Source of the DNA: Neovahlkampfia damariscottae
Taxonomy: Eukaryota
Direction of reading: 5' to 3'
NCBI GenBank assembly: GCA_016618085.1
Contig: JABLTG010000112.1
Coordinates: forward strand, 45,977-65,976
Length of the DNA: 20,000 nucleotides
Shown one piece after another: positions 13,400-20,000 of this stretch. The translations under genes and the position numbers were made by a program. The number at the start of each line of letters is the position of its first letter. Positions within the stretch are counted from its first letter, which is position 1. A model generated the notes under the pieces. The model worked only from the letters and a program-made list of their open reading frames with translations. It was not told the DNA's origin and made no database searches.

Positions 13400-16300
13400 T
13401 TATAAAAATTGTTTTGTTTCTTCTTTAAATGTAATGAGATTAGATGTAAATCTAAAAAATTTGAATAATATTATATCTTACTTATCTTTGTTTCCTTCTT
13501 CAACATTCAATTCTACTTTATCCATTAATCTAGTAAATGCTTCACTCATTTGTTTTTTCTTTGAATCAGCAACAGAGTTAATGATTTGTTTCTTAATTTC
13601 TTCAAAATATTGTGGATTTGTTGCAATTAAACTCAATACAGCTCTTGACATACTCCATTGATTTCTACATTCTTCAAAGATGATAACTTTTAATGTTTGT
13701 GATAATAATTTTGGAAGAATTTGAGAATTTTGAAAATGTTTTGTGAGCATTTGTGAATATTGATCTTTTTTAGTTACACTTTTGAAATAAAATGTGCACA
13801 ACTTATCTAAACTTCCACACATTTGAGATGATAAACTAATTTCATCAGATGCGACTCCATCTTCAAAAGAATTAACAAGTTGTAAAAATATTTGTGTATC
13901 AAATGTGACAGTTGTTTCAATATGTTGTCCAAATAATATTTCAAGAAATGAAAAATATGCTTTGCAGAATTTTGGATATGCCTTAATATCTTTCAATGAA
14001 ACTTGTAAAGATAATTTTACAATCATATTGATAACTTCAATCAAACAAGAATCTTTATAAATATCAAAAACACCAAAACAACAATAATTTCCTTCTAAAG
14101 TTCTTGTTAACACTTGTAATGCCACCATAATTCCTTTATATTTTTCTTGATATAAATCTTGTTTAACATTGATTTTCTCTGCAGTCATTCCTAAAAAAAA
14201 GTGTTAGTATTTATTCCCATAAAATTAAAAAAAATTTCCCAATCCCAAATTACTAACCATATGCAATGAGAATTTTACTAATTTCTTTGAACAACAAGAT
14301 TCCTTTTGGAGATGAACTCGGAAATTCAATTCTTGAGGATCTGCTGTAACAAAGTTCAAATAAAAATTTCAAAAGAGAATTGATAACCACTGGAGTATCA
14401 GACCATGCTTGTGCTGTTCTTAAAAATAAAGGAAAATATTTTGGAAAAACCTAAAAATTGAGTTTAAAATTTTGAAATATTTTTCTTTTTTCTTACCCAG
14501 TCAAAAAAAAATCCATATTTCTGTTTATTATTACATGAAGTAACAACTCCTCTTAAATCACGAAATAAACCTACTAAAGCAAACTAATAAAATATAAAAA
14601 TATAAAATAAATCTAATACTTTGACATTATCTTGTCTGAATTGATTTAAATTTTCAATTTGAAGTAATTGATTAGCAATCTTTCCAAATGGTGCAACAAA
14701 ATTTAAAAAGTTTGTTTCAGTGCATTCATCTGCAAAAAGTAACTTTGTTAAAATACTAAAAAAAACAGTTCTTGATCTAAAGTGAAGTGATTCATTTAAA
14801 AATTGAAATTGATCTGCAGAATGATTATGTAAAATATATTTGATAGTTTCTAATTTTGCAGTTAATTTTGTACTTGAATATCCCAATGATAATTCATTAA
14901 ATAAATCCATTGTTTCATCAATAATTTGTTTTGATTTTGCCCATACTTTCAAGTTATTTGCAATTTTATTGATAAATAAATTCAAAAGACTGATTTGATC
15001 TGTAACTTCGATTTTTTTTTTCAATGTTTCGTAAATTTTGGTGTATGTTACAATTGTATCATTGAGATAAAGTTGTTTGAAATCTTTCATGAAATATAAA
15101 GTTGCTGTTTCAATATGAAGAAGTGATTTTTCATTAACAGCATTCTTGAAAAATATTAATATGCAATAAAAACAATTACTGTATCTTTCATTAATCTATG
15201 ACTAACAAATTGTGAACATTGAAGAATTCTTCCAGCCATTTCACCATCAATATTTTCCATTTCATCATTATTTGATGAATAACTTCTTTTACCAACAATT
15301 GAACCAAACATGTAAATTATCCATGCCAATTGATCTTGAGCAATTTGAACTTGAGCAAAGTTGTTCTTATTCATAGCTTCACTCAATTTTTGATTGATAG
15401 TATCAAAAAATGTTTGAAACATTGGACATAATTTTTCATAATTAAAATGAAATAAACTTGGAACAGAATCCAAGTATTCATCTAATCTTTCTGCTTCATC
15501 AAGTGGATCTTAAAGTTTAAATTTTAATAAATTTGTTTTTTTTTTTACCATCTAAATCATTTTGTTTAATGAGGACAACATCATTAAGTCTTGAAGAAAT
15601 GTATTCTTCTAAAATCTAATAAAATGAATTTAACAAGTGGAAAAACAAACCTTTGGAACACTAAATAGATGTTTAAATGGTATTTTTTCTTACTAATCAT
15701 TCAAGTGACTTTCTTTATCACTTCCTAAATATGGATGAGAAGCAACTAATCTTGACCAAAAATTCATCAAATAATATAAACAATGACTTGATGAAATTGG
15801 ATTTGTAAAACTTTCAACAGTGAAAACAGCACATGATTTAATAAAATTTGGATAATCTTTACAAGCTACAAGTTCTTTAAGTTGGAAATTTGATTTAAGA
15901 CGAGTAAGTAATCTGCAAAATTGATGATAACAATCATCATCTGAAAGAATATTTTTTCTATTATCTAAAACTTGAATAATACCAGAAATAAATCTTGAAA
16001 GATATGCTTCTCTTTCTTCATCACCTGTAAATAAAGATCTAAGATAGTTGACTAGAAAAAATAAAACTTACCTTCTCACACAAGACAACAAAACTAAAAT
16101 TTCAAGAATCTTTGCCTTGATTTCTGAACCTTGTAAACTATTGAAAACTTTCCATAATAATTCGACTGTATTTGATTCTTCAAATAATGGTCTCCAAGAA
16201 GAAGGTACTTGAATAGTTGCTGCATCATCACTTGCTTCATCTGGATAAATACCAACAAAATCATATCTAAGACAATTCAAACATAATTGAAGTGTAGACT

Positions 16301-17042
16301 TAACTAATACATCATTTGGTTGTTGTTCTAAAAATAAATATAATTATAAATTTTCTTACGTCTTATTAATTCCTTCAAAGAAAAAATTGAAGTTTCAAAT
16401 AATCCACGTAAAGCTAAATCTCGAAATGAAATTGATATTTTTCTTTGAACTGTTGTATTTTGTTTAGAAATTAAAGTGTTCATTTCCAGCATTAATTCAT
16501 TGAGTAAATTTAAACCTAAAGTACTGACTTCTAATTTTGGACTTTGGACGAAATACTTTTTAATTTGTTCTGGGAGATCTCTATTATCTTGGTCTTCCAA
16601 CCAACCTTGAAAAAGGATAAGTTTTTAAGTTATTTTACCTAATTTCGCAATTCTTGCTAGAAGCTTTAAAATACTTGACATAATAGATCCAGGCACTTTA
16701 TCTGCGTTTTTAGCTATGAAAGTAATCAAAAAATTTCCTTTAAAATTATTTAAAAAAAAAAATTACTCAATTCAAGTTTGGATTCTTTACTGAATACACT
16801 CCAGTTGTCTGTATATAAATTTGTGAGTTCTCCTGAAATGAACAAAAAGGTCATTCCATTTTGACTTGCGGAGAGATATGCTTGTAATTTTGGTACTCTT
16901 GAAAAAAAAAAATTAAAAAAAAAAGTTTTTACGCTTCAACAGTTTTGAATGCTTTAATTTCAGATTCTGCTTTAAGTCTCACTTCTTGTTGTGGTGAGAA
17001 TAGTCCATTACAAAGTTGGTCGAATCTTGATACTTCGTCCAT
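13400..17042 (-). CDS. XPO7: Exportin-7 / RanBP16-like karyopherin, ~1052 aa
   Basis: 13 introns (16898-16932, 16738-16766, 16606-16638, 16328-16359, 16039-16071, 15661-15693, 15616-15650, 15509-15548, 15145-15179, 14584-14619, 14451-14496, 14191-14257, 13452-13481) give 3159 nt. Motifs: SFRDLAL, CLRYDFVGIYPDEASDD...QVPSSWR, VRRSLF, YHQFCRLLTRLKSNFQLKEL, FWSRLVAS, RDLRG, NQWSMSR, NKDKFTSNL. Confidence 0.93.
15651..15660 (-). other. 10-nt micro-exon of exportin-7
   Basis: TGTTCCAAAG between introns 15661-15693 and 15616-15650 restores HLNDYVPKILEEYISSRL and the reading frame. Confidence 0.8.
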
Positions 17043-17062
17043 GAAAACAAAGAATGAGAATA

Positions 17063-17103
17063 ATGATTGGTCAAGTTTATTCCAATCAAATTTAAGCGCG
17101 AAA
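17063..17103 (-). promoter_or_regulatory. XPO7 promoter: two opposed CCAAT boxes plus an E2F-like TTTCGCGC
   Basis: ATGATTGGTCAA 17063-17074, CCAAT 17082-17086, GCGCGAAA 17096-17103. Confidence 0.5.
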
Positions 17104-17119
17104 AATTATCAACCGAAAT

Positions 17120-17653
17120 TTATTTTTTCAATTCGTCCAATTTCCATGAAGTCTTTTTAATAGTATTTTTATCATAAAAGTCACTTTCAAATTTATTTGT
17201 GCCATCACTTAAAATTAAATATACAAAGTCATCCATAATCTTTACTTGATGAGTTCGTTGTTTGACTCCTTTAGATTTAATTTCTCTTTTTAAATTTTGA
17301 TAAAGTCCTTCTCCTGTTGCCAAGTCAATCACATAATGATGCCATGGACATTTAATACAATGACGTTCGTCCCAATCCTGAATTATTAAAACACTATTGT
17401 GAAGAAATACCTCAATATCACCTTGATTCAAAGGACCTCCAGCCTTTATAAATTTAATTATGTTTTATCCTCACATGATAACATTTATTGTCCAATGCCT
17501 TGAAAAAAGTTTTTTAATTTATCTTTCTAAATTCATTACATAAAATTCACCTGTTTCGAGTCGAAAAATAACAACTTGCTTATTTTCAAGCTCAATTATT
17601 TTTTTCTTTCCTGGAAAGAATTCTTCAAGTTCACATACTTTTATCGGATTCAT
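17120..17653 (-). CDS. RFESD: Soluble Rieske [2Fe-2S] domain protein, RFESD-like, ~142 aa
   Basis: Introns 17499-17539, 17444-17474 and 17378-17410 give ...FYALDNKCYHAGGPLNQGDIEDWDERHCIKCPWHHYVIDLATGEGLYQ...SKGVKQRTH. This has the Rieske CxH...CxxH ligands and RFESD-type flanking motifs. Confidence 0.88.
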
Positions 17654-17686
17654 GTTCGTTTGGGAAATGCACCAATAAAAAAAAGT

Positions 17687-19231
17687 TTATTTTGCAACAC
17701 AAATCAATTGAGCTTTTGGTACAAGACCTGCATCCTTCAATGTTGTACTTTGATCACCTTCTTTATAAATTCTTTTGAAAAATTAAAAAAAAAATAAATC
17801 AAACTTTTTTGGGAAATTTGTCATCAAATAAAATGAAGAATTTTTTGTTAGGAATTCAACATGTGAAGCAATTGTTGAAATTTTATCTGTTGGTTGAAAT
17901 TTAGCTGTAATTGTTGATCCATCCAATAATCTAATTTGAATAACTGCTTCTGTATATTCTTTTTTTGTTTCAATTTTTGTAGTTGTTGTTGTTGTTGTGG
18001 ATGGATTTGATGAAGATTGAACAATTTCACCTCTTGTTTTTGCTCTTTCCATTGCTCTTCTTTCTTTATCTTTTTTTATTTGTTCTTGGAGTTGTTTCAT
18101 TCTTGCTTTATCTTCTTTTTTTTGTCTTTTTTCTAAATCTCTCTCCCTTTTTGCTTGGGCTTTTTTAATTTCTTCTTGGGATGTCACTGATTTTTTACCA
18201 AATTCTCTTCTTCTTTTTTCTTCTTCTTTAGCTTCTTTTTTTTCCCGAGCAATTTTTTCTTTCTTTTTTTCTTCAAGATATGCTTTTGCATTTTCTGCTT
18301 GTTTTTTTGCTCTTTCTGCTTGTTCTTCAGGTGTTTCATCTTTAAATTCAATTGGGTCATCAATATCAGCATCATTTGCATGAGCAGAAAGCCTACAGAA
18401 ATAAAACATTAAAAACAAAAAAAATACCATTTAAGAGCTGCTTCAGTTGATTTACTATGAGTAGAATAAACTTTAAGTTAAGTTAAAAATAAAAAGTCTT
18501 ACGAGCTTTTAATGCTCTGAGTTTTGAAACATCAATAGAAAGTAACTCTTTCAACATTTCTTCATTAACTGATAATTCTAACATTTTCATTAAATCTTCA
18601 TGTGATGGAGCGTCTCCTTCTTTTTTTTCTTCTGTTTTTGTTTCTTTATTTTCTACTTCTGTTGTTTCGCTTCCTGTTGTCTGTTGCATTGATAATAACA
18701 AAGCTTGTTGGAGTTCGTCATCCATTTCTTCTTCTACTTCCATTTTTTCTTCTTTTTTTTCTTCAATGACTGTTGGCTCCATTTTTTGTTTTTCATATTT
18801 TTCTACCCACGGATTTTTTGTTGGTCTGTCTCCTGAACTTCCTCCTAATGTTCTTCCTTCACCAGAGAAAGATGATGAACTACCATGTTTTTGAATTAAC
18901 GCTTCAACTTGTCCCATATCACCTCCTACAACTTCTCCAACGTTTTGTCCTCCTTTAAAGAATTTGAAAGTTGGCATCGCTTGTACACCACAAGTTTGAG
19001 CTACATCCGGAACTTCATCCACATCTACTTTATAAAAATCTGTTCCTTTGTATTTTTTGCTGAATTCTTCAAATTGAGGAGCAATCATCTTTTTTTTTTG
19101 AATTTATTTTAAAAAAAACTTACTTTACATGGACCACACCACGTTGCATGAAAATCAATTACTTTTAATTTTGATGAACTTGAAAGTGCTGATCTGAATT
19201 CAGCTGAGCTGTGTAAGTGAGTGATGCTCAT
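17687..19231 (-). CDS. Thioredoxin-SHP-UIM-UBA-coiled coil-UBX protein (UBXN1-like p97/Cdc48 cofactor with N-terminal thioredoxin), ~469 aa
   Basis: Introns 19089-19123, 18471-18502, 18393-18427 and 17772-17804 give 1410 nt. Motifs: IDFHATWCGPCKMIAP (Trx), FSGEGRTLG (SHP box), DDELQQALLLSM (UIM), RALKALYST...EAALKWLSAHANDADID (UBA), IQIRLLDGS...NFPKK...LKDAGLVP (UBX). Confidence 0.87.
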
Positions 19232-19295
19232 TTTGTATTTTTATTGCGATTGGAGGAAATTGATCTATTTTTAAATTCATTCAAAATTGGACTTC

Positions 19296-19750
19296 ATGCA
19301 AACATCAAATCACACAGGATCTTTGAAATAGAAAGATGTTGAATTTTTATCGGAAAAATAAAAGAACCCAAATTAACTCGTTCAAAACAGCACAGATAAG
19401 GAAAAAATAAGGTGTTGATTTTACCAAACTTGGAATTTGATTATTATGTTTTATAGTTTCAAAATTGAATCCAATTTCTCAAGTAAAATTCCAATCAAAT
19501 TTTATCATGTTCAAGTCCACACATTATAACAATTGTAATTTTCAGAATACATAAAAAGTGAATACAAAAAAAAAAAGAATCTCTTCTAAAAAAAAAAAAG
19601 AACAACAAAAAAAGAAGTAGAAGAAAATATTCCAAGAAAAACTGTAGAAACTCCAAAATTACTGAAGATATGAAAAAATATGCTTCAGAAAAATTTTTGA
19701 AAAATTTGAAGATTTTTAGAATTTTTTACTTGAAGTTGTTCAACTAGAAA
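19296..19750 (+). pseudogene. Possible decayed gene remnant
   Basis: Coding-like purine-rich composition with stops and frameshifts (MQTSNHTGSLK*KDVEFLSEK*...; RTTKKEVEENIPRKTVETPKLLKI*) and an intron-like GT..AG stretch at 19412-19456. No intact frame found. Confidence 0.25.
19688..19727 (+). repeat. Four degenerate tandem direct repeats (GAAAAATTTTT-like)
   Basis: GAAAAATTTTT / GAAAAATTT / GAAGATTTTT / AGAATTTTTT; low complexity, so possibly chance. Confidence 0.4.
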
Positions 19751-19778
19751 ATACTGAAAAAGATCTCAAGTATTTAAA

Positions 19779-20000
19779 ATGTCCAAACAGCTCAAATTGG
19801 ATTCATTTTGGAAAGAAAAAAATGTTACTTCAATATCAACAACAGAAGTGATAAAAAAGAGAAAACTTGAAGAAACAAAAAGTTCAACAAAAGAAACAGG
19901 AAATATGAAATCAACATATAAACAAGGAAAAGATTCGTATCCTTTTTGGTGGACTAAAGAAAAAGAAGACATGCTACAAGTGAAAAGTATACCTTCAAGT
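19779..20000 (+). CDS. 3'-partial ORF, probably a nuclear DNA-acting protein with an N-terminal PIP box; identity unresolved
   Basis: Open frame of 74 codons to the window end: MSKQLKLDSFWKEKNVTSISTTEVIKKRKLEETKSSTKETGNMKSTYKQGKDSYPFWWTKEKEDMLQVKSIPSS. QLKLDSFW fits QxxLxxFF/W and KKRK is NLS-like. Absent from the ORF track, presumably because it has no stop. Confidence 0.6.
   Translation, partial: MSKQLKLDSFWKEKNVTSISTTEVIKKRKLEETKSSTKETGNMKSTYKQGKDSYPFWWTKEKEDMLQVKSIPSS

Noticed and set aside
18393..18430. Signal-peptide-like MVFFLFLMFYFC start of ORF 17783..18430
   Set aside because: It is a translated T-rich intron (18393-18427); splicing restores the UBA motif EAALKWLSAH.
151..19123. 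U12-type or non-canonical introns
   Set aside because: All inferred introns are GT-AG; none has the RTATCCTT donor.
1..19231. Alternative genetic code or stop-codon readthrough to explain broken ORFs
   Set aside because: Every internal stop falls within, or is removed by, a canonical short intron; spliced lengths are divisible by 3 under the standard code.
19766..19972. Minus-strand 68-aa ORF
   Set aside because: Antisense shadow of the plus-strand ORF from 19779, which has an ATG and recognisable motifs.

Overview
AT-rich, extremely compact eukaryotic (protist-like) genomic DNA; the ORF track is fragmented by tiny spliceosomal introns. Hand-splicing reconstructs seven housekeeping genes with intact reading frames: CLASP (5'-partial, +), UTP20 (-), a triple-RRM hnRNP Q/R-like protein (-), a Rim2/SLC25A33/36-like mitochondrial carrier (+), exportin-7 (-), an RFESD-like Rieske protein (-) and a thioredoxin-SHP-UIM-UBA-UBX p97 cofactor (-). 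An eighth ORF runs off the right edge. I count 38 GT-AG introns (36 of them 28-46 nt, 16 ending in AAG) and spacers of 4, 6, 33, 77, 108 and 181 nt between the seven genes. A CCAAT box lies 17-40 nt upstream of all six visible housekeeping ATGs, and most stop codons are embedded in poly(A)-signal-like hexamers. Most interesting: the right-edge ORF (PIP box, NLS, and a PFWW motif loosely resembling IS607-TnpB/Fanzor2 N-termini; speculative) after an anomalous 547-nt gap, the catalytic-thioredoxin UBX fusion, and two outlier introns with structure. All family calls come from my recall of motifs, not database searches.
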